A DNA stretch of 64,000 nt from Mayamaea pseudoterrestris (lineage: Eukaryota). Of this stretch, positions 12,183 to 22,720 are shown piece by piece (within the stretch, counting starts at the first letter, position 1; each line of letters starts with the position of its first letter). The position numbers and the translations under genes are program-made. Location: assembly GCA_027923505.1 (NCBI GenBank), contig BROI01000007.1, positions 496,001 to 560,000 on the forward strand, given 5' to 3'. The notes beneath the pieces were generated by a model that made no database searches, was not told where the DNA came from, and saw only the letters and a list, made by a program, of their open reading frames with translations.

Positions 12183-13550
12183 CTACTGTATGTCTATTCT
12201 TCGATCCTTGTTTGTCTCATGGTAATTCGTCCAGGCTCCACTATCATTTGCGTAATAATCCATTGGATAGACTTGTCTCCACTGCTCCTCTCCCATGGCG
12301 ACGAAGAATTCGTATGGATTCAATACAGGCTTATGTGAAAGAAACTGACCCCAGTCGACCGACAATCTCGGACACGCCACTTGTACAAAGGCATCAATGC
12401 TGGGCAGCAACTTTAGCTTGGCCGGTGTAATTTCCGATACGAGCATAATCATGAATGATTTATTGCGCTGGCGAAGCACTTGTCGAATCTTTTGCAGAAT
12501 GGCTGGATTGCCTTGGCGTCCCAGCGTTCCCAATATAATGCCAAACTTGAGCGCACTAGCCGCCTTGTCGATCATGTCGCGTCGAACGTCATGCATGTCG
12601 GAATGCGCGTATGACTCGAGCGTCATGTGTTTACCGTATGGGTCGTAGCGAAAGAAGGCTTCGATGTGAGGATTGCTAATCATGGTGCTTTCCAAATGGA
12701 AGCGGCCATCGGCAACAAAGCAAACCAAACCGTCATCCAGTTTCGGCGATGTGCATCCCAACACTTCACCCGGCGATAGTGGCTTGACTTGCGGAATTTT
12801 CACAATGTAGTTTTTTGATTCAAGTAACTCTTGTGCGAGCGGTAGAGCATGTCGAAACTGGATCGTTCCGAGCAAATAAATGGTAGTCTTGCTTGGAGCT
12901 GAAATTGAACTTTCATTCGCACTCCTTCTCGCCTCTAGCGTCGCTTCAAGACACTCCACTAGATGCTGCGTATCAATCTGAATTTGCACAAAAACGTAGA
13001 GACAAGGTAGTACCGTATGCTGAATGGGAACCAAGCAGGAATGTCCATAGTGAACAAGTAGCTCCGCGCCGAGCGCTTGGGCCGTCAAATCATCGACGCA
13101 GCAGGCTCCGTAGCAAACGTCTCCAAGAATTACCACTTGTGTCAATGTAGGACAAAGGCGACGCAAGGCATCGCCGAGGACTGTTGCGTACATTAACAAT
13201 CCTTCTGGTAGCTGCAAGGCAATGCAGGAGGCTTGGAGCGTGTGAATCTTTTGCGCCGTTTTCACAATCTCCCAGCTGTAGGCATCAGGCAAGTGACTCT
13301 CTTGGAGAACCTTGGCGAGGAGAACTGGATCAATTGTGAAATTATCTTCTGACGATGCAACTGGACGGTGACGACGAATGATGCGAGTTGCAGGACGTTG
13401 CATTGTTGCTGTTGCTTCTTCTGCTGTTGCTTGTGATGTCACGCCCTGCACTTTGGCGTCGTTCGAGTCGTCAGTGATGTTCATTGAGGGCTGTTCTACC
13501 GTATCTGCATCCGCCTTCGATTGCTCTGCTACAGCATCAAAAGCCGGCAT
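12183..13550 (-). CDS. DPH1: Diphthamide biosynthesis protein 1
   Basis: ALQLPEGL, GDVCYGACCVDD, HYGHSCL, GEVLGCT, DGRFHLE, GTLGRQG, ACPRLSVDWG, YPMDYY. Confidence 0.95.
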   Translation of the reverse strand: MPAFDAVAEQSKADADTVEQPSMNITDDSNDAKVQGVTSQATAEEATATMQRPATRIIRRHRPVASSEDNFTIDPVLLAKVLQESHLPDAYSWEIVKTAQKIHTLQASCIALQLPEGLLMYATVLGDALRRLCPTLTQVVILGDVCYGACCVDDLTAQALGAELLVHYGHSCLVPIQHTVLPCLYVFVQIQIDTQHLVECLEATLEARRSANESSISAPSKTTIYLLGTIQFRHALPLAQELLESKNYIVKIPQVKPLSPGEVLGCTSPKLDDGLVCFVADGRFHLESTMISNPHIEAFFRYDPYGKHMTLESYAHSDMHDVRRDMIDKAASALKFGIILGTLGRQGNPAILQKIRQVLRQRNKSFMIMLVSEITPAKLKLLPSIDAFVQVACPRLSVDWGQFLSHKPVLNPYEFFVAMGEEQWRQVYPMDYYANDSGAWTNYHETNKDRRIDIQ

Positions 13551-13835
13551 TGTTGTGTTTTCATGCAATACTAAAACGGTGTAAAGGCAACTGCTGATGA
13601 TTCGCCATGGTGAGATGAAACCATTGCATTTCTTGTGGTTCGCAAGCCGTGTCACGCTTAAAGTATTAGCGGTACTCATTTTAGCGGTACTCATCGCGTG
13701 CGTTTCGCACTTGGTTCGTTCCATCGAACCTGCTTTGCTTCCACGGGTCCAAATCTTTGGCTGCTTTTATTCCATCGCCTGTCTCTGTCATTGCAGCAGT
13801 AAAGTCAAGTTACCGTACGTTTATCAGTTTATAGA

Positions 13836-14888
13836 ATGATACGGACAAAAACCTCATTTTCGTGGCTCGTCTGTCTCGTCTGCATTTTCGTCGGCCAGGC
13901 TGCAGCTCGATCTTTTTACATCGCAACTGCTCGAAACAAAATCAACTCGCAAGATCGAACAAGATTACCGCAAGCTTATCATACAAATAGATCATCTCGT
14001 GATGACTACCTTACTCCAGCATCATCATTTGCATCAAGTATAGCGATTAGAGGAGGCGCCTTGGCGGATGACTCGGACGACGATGACGAGGAAGCAGAAT
14101 TTGACGTCGACGACGACGAAGACGATGAAGCATTGTTTGGTTTCGAACAAGATGATGGCGCTGACATTTCGGAGCGTCAGTTTGCTGAAGATACAACCGT
14201 TGATCGCATGAAGCTGGCCTGGGATCGAACGCCGCCTCTGACGAAAGCCTATATCAGTGCCACCTTTGGCACCACACTCTATGGCTACTTGATGAATTCC
14301 AACAAGTTTCCCGAAATACTGACACTAGACTGGAGCAAGGTTCTCAAGCAACTGCAAGTATGGCGGTTGTTGACTAGCTTTTTAAACTTTGGACCCTTTG
14401 GAATTGGCTGGTTCATGACGGCGCATTTTGTGTGGACGTACATGGCGACGCTTGAGCGACTTTGCCACAATCGGCCATATGACTTTTGGATCATGATACT
14501 GTTTGGACAAATGAGCATGGTCTTTGGTTATCCGCTGTTGAAGCTCAGTCCGCAATTTCTGGGACATAACTTGTCGACGTATTTGGTGTATATCTGGGCC
14601 CGTCAACATGAAGGACTGCAAGTGAGCATGTTTGATCTATTCACGGCTCGAGCGGAGCTTTTGCCATGGATCTTTTTGGGACAAACCTTTCTACTGGAGG
14701 GTGAAATTCCGTTTCTGGACGCTTTGGGGATTGCCTTTGGACATTTGTACTATCATTTGCAGACAACGGGAGCATTAAAAGCACCGGATGCACTAGTGAA
14801 GTGGTACCAAGACTCCCAGACTGAGTTGGCAGTGAAGCTACGAAAGCTTTATCAGCCAATTTCGTCCGACTTTGAAATCTTGCAGTAG
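13836..14888 (+). CDS. Derlin (Der1) with N-terminal bipartite presequence, probably symbiont-type (SELMA) Der1
   Basis: PPLTKAY, QVWRLLTSF (derlin WR motif), YIWAR, LPW, GIAFGHLYY. About 125-aa extension with signal peptide and acidic tract. Confidence 0.85.
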   Translation: MIRTKTSFSWLVCLVCIFVGQAAARSFYIATARNKINSQDRTRLPQAYHTNRSSRDDYLTPASSFASSIAIRGGALADDSDDDDEEAEFDVDDDEDDEALFGFEQDDGADISERQFAEDTTVDRMKLAWDRTPPLTKAYISATFGTTLYGYLMNSNKFPEILTLDWSKVLKQLQVWRLLTSFLNFGPFGIGWFMTAHFVWTYMATLERLCHNRPYDFWIMILFGQMSMVFGYPLLKLSPQFLGHNLSTYLVYIWARQHEGLQVSMFDLFTARAELLPWIFLGQTFLLEGEIPFLDALGIAFGHLYYHLQTTGALKAPDALVKWYQDSQTELAVKLRKLYQPISSDFEILQ

Positions 14889-15508
14889 TTGAAATAGTGC
14901 TTTGACTTGCAACGCAATTAAGCTTTGTTGTGTTCCAATTCCAAAATGACTTGAATAAATAAAATTTCTTCTACACCATGAATAAGTAATGTAGTGGTGC
15001 TGGCCTTTTGCTAGTAGTTTTGAAACTTGGTTTGCCCCCGCTTTTGATTCAGAGAGGGGAATTGGTAGTAGCAATTGGAAGTATGATGTACGTCGTAGAT
15101 GAAAGTGCCAAAGTGGAGAGCATCTATTATCTGATCATACTTACGAGAAAGTAGAGCAAAATCATATATTGTATTACATGCAGCGATAGTAATAACCATC
15201 AATGACTGTTTTACGTGCGCCTATCAGATACTGTCATTTAAATCCTCTCCGCAAACTCAAAGCGACCCTTTCCAAAGCTAATTATTAACCTTTGCCAGCG
15301 CTGGAACCACAAACTTGTACGGAACATTGGCAATCTTCACGGCTCGTACTGCAATCAGTGGACTGCTGTAGCCATTGTGCTGCTTGATGGGATAGCCACT
15401 GTCAATTTGGATTGGCTCATTTGTCTTCTCTTTCAAAAAGCAATAAGCCACGTCTCCGTCGGGTGCTTGATACTCAACTCATTCCACTTGACCTGCCATG
15501 AGTGTGTT

Positions 15509-15855
15509 CTCATCTGGTATGCCACAATGAGACACAGCACATTCAACAACTTGTTAGCAGTTCACCTCAACTGGCAGTCCAGTATGGCCTGCAGACCCCA
15601 GAATATTTATAACATAGATACATCTTATGCATTTGGACCAATAGTCTTGTCAGTTACTGTGTGGAACCAAAATTTGTGCAAAGAAAGGAATGTGCTAGCA
15701 GTGCACCATGCTTTGGCTACAAAATCATCAGCCTTGCCTGCTAAGCCATCCAACCCCTTTGTATGGTGTTTGTATGTTGACATTTTGAGCCAATGATGGG
15801 GAGACTATCTTCCCAATATCCAATCAGCTTGTCTGCCATGGTGAGCCTTGGCAGT
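15509..15855. repeat. Left-hand, degenerate copy of the 347-bp tandem repeat, interrupted by the retrotransposon
   Basis: Near-identical blocks to 22174-22490, e.g. cacctcaactggca, gcagaccccagaata, ctttggctacaaaatcatcagccttgcc, gatggggagactatcttcccaatatcc. Confidence 0.85.
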
Positions 15856-16166
15856 TGTAACTTGTAAATCAAATCGTTGCACCTTTCGCTTGTAGCTGTC
15901 CTTGGATGGCCAATCCAAGCTTGCAGTTGCTACAATACGAGAGACGAATAAATCGCTTTCTTAACTCTTCAAGCTTAGTAAGTCTGCTTGTTTCTACTCT
16001 ATATCGCACTAGTTTTAGCAATATACTCGTTGAATCGCTTCGAAGCCGTCGCTGCCACGCATCACGCGATCGTGAGGCTGTGGTGAGCCGCGAGTGCCGC
16101 TGTGTCACCCTATCGGACATTCGGTGTGACTTGCCCGATTTTCGCTGTTTTCGTTCGCATCCTGCA
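15856..16166 (-). repeat. 3' LTR (about 310 bp; TG...CA), preceded on the minus strand by polypurine tract GAGGGGAG (16168-16175)
   Basis: Minus strand reads GAGGGGAG-T-TGCAGG just after the pol stop. The plus-strand left end TGT is at 15856 (or 15863), where similarity to the host repeat stops. Confidence 0.75.
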
Positions 16167-16184
16167 ACTCCCCTCAAGTCATAC

Positions 16185-19100
16185 CTAATAGTTCGATTCC
16201 TTGAAGAGCAGGTTCTTTAAGTGCTTGCTTGCCGTAGCCCGCGGAAGAAACTTGGTAAGTACATCCGCCGGGTTTGTCGTTCCCATGATGTGGTTGAAAT
16301 TAATAATTCCCGCCGCAATCGCTTCGCGTACACGGTGAAATGCCAGTGCATTGTGTCGCTTCGTTAGACTAGAGTGCGGTAAGTTGCTGCTTTGCGTCAC
16401 CGACTTGTTGTCTCCAAACATCCATGAAGGTCCGTCGAGCGGAACTCCCAACATGCGTAGCGTGAAGCGGAGATCCATGATCTGCTCCGTGCTCACTCTC
16501 GCTGCTACAAACTCCGAGCCGTACGTCGCCGTCTCGACCGTCGCTTGGCGTTTCGAAAACCAATCGACGACTGTTCCATTCAACATGTGTAGCATGCCCA
16601 TCGCTGCCCGTCCCGTCGTGTAATCGTGGTACAGGTTTGCATCTTCAAACGTTGACATTCGCACCGCCTTGCCGCGCGGCGTGGGCATGTTCCACGGAAG
16701 CTCTTCGCAGATCTTGCCGTACACACTGTAATCCCAATCCATCTTGTCAACTGTCGCGTATCGCTCGTCCGTTGGAATCGAAACGTTGAATCGAATCGCT
16801 CCATCTGGGTATCGTCGTAAGTATCCGCAAATATGCTTCAACCGTTCCAAGTGCCCCGCTCGTGGCGCAGCTCGGAATCTCCCCATAGTCATGACAGCAC
16901 AGTGAATGTCGAATCGACATAAACTTACTGCCCATTGCAACGCACCAATGATCGATTGATACTTCGCAATTCCGTCGTCGTCAAGTTCCTTCGTTTCGTC
17001 GAGTTCCGGATGATCGCCGTCCCGCAGTGGACTTGTCTGCGGTCGCGGTTCCTCGCCGAACATTTCTTTGTAGTTCGCTAGTAGTCTTGTGACGTACTTC
17101 TTCGCTCCGAAGCAGAGTACGCCATCGTCGTCTCGCCAAACGTCTGCGCCCAAATGATATGCCAATGGACCGACGCCCTTCAACTTGTAGTTGTAGTTCT
17201 CAATTAAAAGATCCGTTAGTTCCTTCGGATTCTTCATCGCTATCGCTAAATCGTCGACATATACACAAACGTATTCGTAGTGCGTGCCCTTATCGCGCAT
17301 CCACACGTCCGATTCTGCGATACACGGCGTGAAGCCAATGTCGCGGAGCGTGTCTGCAAAGTGTTCGTGCCAGCGTGCGCCTGACGTGCGAAGACCGTAT
17401 AGTGCCTTCACGATCGTGAGCGTGTGACCCTCGAGCTCCCCGAACTCCGGACCTGCCACGATATAAACCTTCTCTTTCGTTTTCGCTTCCAAGTATGCGT
17501 TGCCGACGTCAGCTGCCCACAGTTCCAGACCGTTGAGTTCCGCTAACATCGCTACCATTCGTAGACTTCGCAATGACACAACGCCCGAGTAAACTGAATC
17601 CTTCGGCGGCTCTGTCATATGTCCTCCTGCGACGAGTCGTGCTTTCCGTCGCAAATCGTGCTTGACATCGAATATCATGTGCACGTTTATTCGTTTCCAT
17701 GGCGCCGGCATAACCTTACCGACTCCTTGATCTGCGAACGTGTCGTAATCATTTATCTGATTTAATTCCGTTCGAATCGCATCCGTCCACAGCGTGTTGC
17801 CGTTGATCTCGTCGAGAGCTTTCGCATCTTTATAATTGCGCGGCAACCTTACGCCGAATTTGTAGCGTACGCCGTTTGCTTTCGATTTTCGTTTCGCTGC
17901 TGTCACCATCTGTCGAAACTTCTTTCGCTTCCGAGTGTAATGTTCCAGCTGCTTCCATCCTGGCTTGTCGAGTAAGCCGTGCTTGAGTCCATACTCTGCG
18001 ATTGTTATCGGATCGTCCTTCTTCATGATCGCGAGAGGCTCCCACGTCGTCGTTCCGTCAGTCCATTCGACGAGAACGTTACTTGAACTTCCTTTGTATG
18101 TCGGATCGTTCGGTTTCAAATTAAGCTCGTGTCCGATTACCTTCGTGAATACCCACTGAGTCACCGGATCGTTTCGTATATCTTCGTCCATCTGTCGTTC
18201 GATTAAATCCGACAGTTCGTTGTAACTTATTAAGTCTTTCGCTGGCTCCTCTCCCATCTGGATCAGGAAACCTTTCGTCGTTTCGAGTAGCTCGTTATCG
18301 CGTACTTCGATATATTCGCATACAGTCGCTCGCATTTTCTGACCGTTTTCGTGTTCCCTTACGAACGTGCGTCCGAATTCGCATACAGTCGCTCGCATTT
18401 TCTGACCGTTTTCGTGTTCCCTTACGAACGTGCGTCCAATGAGTTCGCTTGGAGAGAACAGAGGGCATTTATTCCCTGATTCTTGCTCAGCCCTTCTGAA
18501 GAACTTCGCTGGTACGTTGGCGTGGTTCGCCATCGGAATCGTTTCGTCGTCGTTTCCTTCGTAGTTGTCGTGACTACTTTCTGTCGCATTCGTGCTATGG
18601 TAGCGTCCTGTCGTTTCAAAATTTCGCTCGCTTGCGCGTGTAGCTTCTTCAGAAATCTCCCCTCCAGACTCAGGGAAGGAAGGCAACTCTCGTGGTAACA
18701 AGTAGCTGCGCGAGACCACGTTGGAGCGCGGAATCGCCTGAAGCGTGTCGTCCGTCAGAACGAGAAAAGTCATGTGCGGACCGCTATTCTCTGCGATGCC
18801 CACGAATCGGCCGTTGCCAGATCGTACCGCCGAGGGAAAACTCCCCTGCGCCTCAAACGTGACCGGTTCCCACCACTTGAAATGTAACAAAGGCGAAATA
18901 TCCGGCAAATTTCCGAACGCAACTTCCGTTGGAGTGCGCCATCCCAGCGATTTCGTCGCGAGGACGTTCAGAATCATGATTACGAATTTAATCAGCAAAA
19001 TCCAGCAATGCCCTGGCGAACCCGAATCTCGTTGGAGGTTCTCCATCATTGGCTTAATGTGCGACGTGTGACGTTCGCATGGATTTTGTTCTGGGTGACC

Positions 19101-19780
19101 CGGTTCTGTGGTCACTTGAGGAATATTGTACATCCGACAGAGATCCCTCACAGCCTTGCCAGTCTCCGATTTGGCATTGTCGCTGAGCAGTCCGTTAGGA
19201 GCGCCCACTTCGCGGATAAAATCCTCTAACGCATTGGACATTTCACTTTCCGACTTCATCGGGTAGCCGCGCGTGTAAAAACTTTCTCGTCCAACAAAGA
19301 GCTGCATCTTAGTAGCTCCCCCATGCCCGAGAATTCCATCATCCAAAGCTGGCGTGTCAGAGTGTATCGTGTCCGTGGCGAATAGTTCGCGCAACCGCTG
19401 AACGTTCGCGGCCGGAAATCGTGACTTCGTGAGGTGTCGAAATGGTAATCGCGGATGTTCGCTGAGATGATACCATGCTTCCGTGTGACGTAAAGTCTGT
19501 TGAACTCGCTCAGTCGGGACCCATCCGAGGTACGGCCGAAGAGCATTATAGTCCGGTTCCTTGCTGCGTAGCTTCCGCAAATTAACGCGTGAAAACTGAG
19601 CGTGTCGCACGCACCGATTGATCAGTACGTCAAGTTCGTCGCCAGTGCGTGTCGGCGTGTGACGATTGCGGTGCGTGATACCGTCATCGTCGAATCGTTC
19701 GTCGAAAGATCCATAATCGCGATCGCGTTCGCCGAAATCGCCGATGCGCGTGCGTTCGACATCGTAAACAGTCGGGTCCG
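16185..19780 (-). CDS. pol: Copia Pol: integrase, chromo-like domain, reverse transcriptase, RNase H
   Basis: Integrase FATD..SDNAK..NPCER; RT KARLVAGG, DVGNAYL, KALYGL, YVDD; RNase H ETATYGSEF, GDNKS, NPADVLTK. The frame stays open upstream of 19610 to about 19780 (DPTVYD...). Confidence 0.93.
18314..18437. repeat. Tandem duplication inside pol, 63-bp period, in frame
   Basis: attcgcatacagtcgctcgcattttctgaccgttttcgtgttcccttacgaacgtgcgtcc at 18314 and 18377; peptide GRTFVREHENGQKMRATVCE occurs twice. Confidence 0.95.
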
Positions 19781-20220
19781 CACGCCGTCCGACGTCATGA
19801 TGACAGTCGGATACTTATCCAAATCATCGAACGTGGGTTTCGTCACGTCCAAGTACACCAGGCCATCGCGAATTGCCAATGGCAAAACGTAGCCTCCAAT
19901 GTTCGTCGTAATTCGTTGCGTTCCGCCAAACATGGTCGGAATATCGTCGACACGATGTCCCATTGCGCGCAATTGATTCGGGCAATGAATCGTCGGTCCG
20001 TCTCGCTTTAAAGCATACTGGTGACACAAAAGCAGAATGGTTTCCCCACTAAGGGTCTTTGCTAGTCCAGCTGCTGTGCCAATCTTGAGAGCTGGGACAA
20101 TATGATCGTCAATACCAGTCACATCCACCTCGGCGTTCGTTTCCGAAACGACGAGCATGTCTCCTCCGCATAAGCCTCCGTTCGCGCCGCTGTCGATGAG
20201 CGCCTGTTGATCCGCTCGTA
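19780..20220 (-). CDS. Copia aspartic protease segment, frameshifted relative to gag and pol
   Basis: ALIDSGANGGLCGGDM active-site motif, then VDVTGI...LPLAIRDGLVYL..PT..D..YPTVIMTSD. Confidence 0.85.
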
Positions 20221-21780
20221 GTGTGCGCGATTGACGCGCATACGACGATGCATGTTGAAGCTGAATGTACCTCGTCCGGTGTTATCAGTCGTCAACGATC
20301 CTGTCACTTGCTGAGTTGTAGTACTCGCATTATTCGCTTGCAGAACCGATCGTGCAGCCGTTTGGACTGACATTCCACTATTGCCTGGCTGGATATTAAT
20401 CGTGCCAGGAACGCTTGCGTGATCGTTCGCTACAGATTCCGTCGCGTGACGCTCTTGATGCGCCGCGTTGACTTGCGTCTGCGTCGTAGCCGTGCCTCGT
20501 TGGTTGCGCGGTCGCCATCCGTTTTCGGGTGTCTTGGGCGCCGTCGCACGCTTGTCCTTCAACTGCTTCCGCTGATCGAACTTCATCTCCAACCAGACTT
20601 CATCCTTCACGCTCGCGTGAGGTTTCTTCATGATCGCTGCAAATCGTTCCGCCGATAAGCCGCTTGGAGTCGCGCCGCCATTGCCGCCGCCGCCTCCTTT
20701 CGTTCCACTAGACTGCGCTTGATTGATTGTGCGCTTAGTCTTCGTCGTCGATGGATGTTTCTTGTCATACTTGATGCAGCACTCTTCTAAGTGCGCGTAC
20801 AACTGCGCGAAATTGTCTTCCGAGTCGTGTTGCCCCATGTGTTTCTTGATGGCAATCATTCCGTCAAAACCTGCTAGCGAGGCGCTGAATCCAGTGTGCT
20901 CAGAGAAAGCGTCGCGTAGCATGTCGTATCGTTGTAAACCTGTCAGAGCTTCTGCGTCCATTTCGAGCAGCCAGATGACTTTCTTGTAGAACAGTGCAAG
21001 AAATTCGATCGTCGGCCTTGACCACTTCTCGGTCAGCCGCATTCCCTGCAGTTCCGTTCGCGCGCGTTCCTTCTCGATGTGAGCAGTAGCGCCTTCTTCG
21101 TATCGCGTTCGCAATCGTTGGTAGACTTCGCGTCCGTCCATCGTCTTCTTGAACTGCTGTACTGCGAGTGATGCAGACGGAGTTCGACAGTGCGTGAGAA
21201 AGATTCTGTATACAAACACATTCTTCTTTGCATACGCCTTCTGTTCTTTCGGTCCCTTTTCCTTCGGGTCATAATCGTCGTCAAAGACTTCGTGGAAGTC
21301 GTGCAATGTAGCGATGACTTTCAACTCGGAAATCCACTGTTTCCACGAGGAATCCAGCTTCATTTCTTTACAATCCTTCGCCGAGAACTTGATAGACTTC
21401 GTAAATTGGTCTGAATACATCTCGTCGTCTTCGCCGTCACCGAGGTCCAGTACGGATGTCGGTGACTGCTTCGCTGTCCCACGTCCACGCTCGTCGGTGG
21501 CACCTTGTTGAACCTTGTGCCTCGTTTTAGCGTGGAACCTTGTACGGCATTCGCTTCTTCCGGCTCGTCCGCAATGTTGCAGCTGTGGACTGCTGAGCGC
21601 ATTGTGCTGCTTGATGCGACTAGCCAACTGCCATTGGATCGGCGTCCTTGTCTTGATGTCCACTCTTTCACATGCAATACGCCACGTCTCGTGTCGTCGT
21701 AGGTGCTTGAAGTACTCAACTCGTTCCTGCGTGACCTTGTCGCCATCGTCAGTCGTACGTTGACTCATCTGGTACGCCAC
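20220..21780 (-). CDS. gag: Copia Gag (5' end unreliable)
   Basis: Long ORF upstream of the protease with W..W...L...A..H...EVFD.DY.P and DGREVY..L...Y gag-like motifs. Confidence 0.8.
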
Positions 21781-22137
21781 AATGAGAACACAGCCATTCG
21801 AACAATGTTCTTGGTAGCAGTCACCTCAACTGGCAGTCACGTATGTCCTGCAGACCCCAGAATCTTTATAACATATATACAATGATACAATGATCCAATA
21901 GTCTTGTCACTTGTGGGAATGCAGCAATGTGCCATGAGGCCCCGTCACATTCAACAAAAGCTTGAATGTGCTAGCAGTGTAACCATGCTTTGGCTACAAA
22001 ATCATCAGCCTTGCCAGCATAAGCCTGCTGATCAACTCTTTGTATGGTAGTTTGCATAATTTGAAGCGCCAGATGTGGGAGACTATGCTGTGTCACCCTA
22101 TCGGACATTCGGTCTTGTCTGCCATGGTGATCCTGCA

Positions 22138-22720
22138 AGCAGATCCAATAACTAGTTGGATCTGCTAGCGGTGCACCTCAACTGGCACACAGACTGCCAG
22201 AATGGCCTGCAGACCCCAGAATATAAGAAACATATATACATATGATACAATTGGACCAATAGTCTTGTCACTTGTGGTGTGGAATGCAGCAATGTGCCAT
22301 GAGGCACTGCACATTCAACAAAAGGTTGAATGTGCTAGCAGTGTACCATGCTTTGGCTACAAAATCATCAGCCTTGCCAGCTAAGCCATCCAACCCCTTT
22401 GTATGGTGTTTGTTGACATTTTGAGCCAATGATGGGGAGACTATCTTCCCAATATCCTTCAGCCATTCTGCCATGGTGAGACTTGGCAGATCCAATAACT
22501 TGTTGGATCTGCTAGCGGTGCACCTCAACTGGCACACACACTGCCAGAATGTCCTGCAGACCCCAGAATATTAGAAACATAAATACATATGATACAACTG
22601 GACCAATAGTCTTGTCACTTGTGGTGTGGAACACAGCATTATGCCATGAGACCCCGCACATTCAACAAAAGGTTGAATGTGCTAGCAGTGCACTATGCTT
22701 TGGCTACAGGATCATCAATG
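22138..22720. repeat. CpG-depleted 347-bp tandem repeat made of two ~173-bp hairpin-bearing halves
   Basis: cacctcaactggca at 22174 and 22521 (period 347; also 21822). 27-nt hairpins at 22139, 22309, 22486 and 22656. Confidence 0.9.

Larger units (their letters stand above)
15856..22137 (-). mobile_element. Ty1/copia LTR retrotransposon of diatom CoDi type, about 6.3 kb
   Basis: gag-PR-INT-RT-RNaseH order; intact 3' LTR and PPT; remnants of the second LTR at 22087-22113 and 22131-22137. Both junctions abut GCAG of the host repeat. Confidence 0.92.

Noticed and set aside
15377..15796. Short ORFs in the repeat (also 22202-22384, 22268-22537, 22549-22782)
   Set aside because: Translations of a degenerate repeat; frames are not preserved between copies and the 347-bp period is not a multiple of three.
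22309..22340. Hairpin plus CTAG as a canonical Helitron 3' end
   Set aside because: CTAG overlaps the stem base instead of lying ~10 nt downstream, and no Rep/helicase is in the window. Kept only as one hypothesis.
22340..22385. Minus-strand CTGATGA as a hammerhead ribozyme core or C/D box
   Set aside because: No stem II followed by GAAA and no matching D box geometry could be built.
22139..22700. Hairpin array as a CRISPR array
   Set aside because: Spacers are ~130 nt and themselves repeat with the 347-bp period; no cas genes; eukaryotic context.
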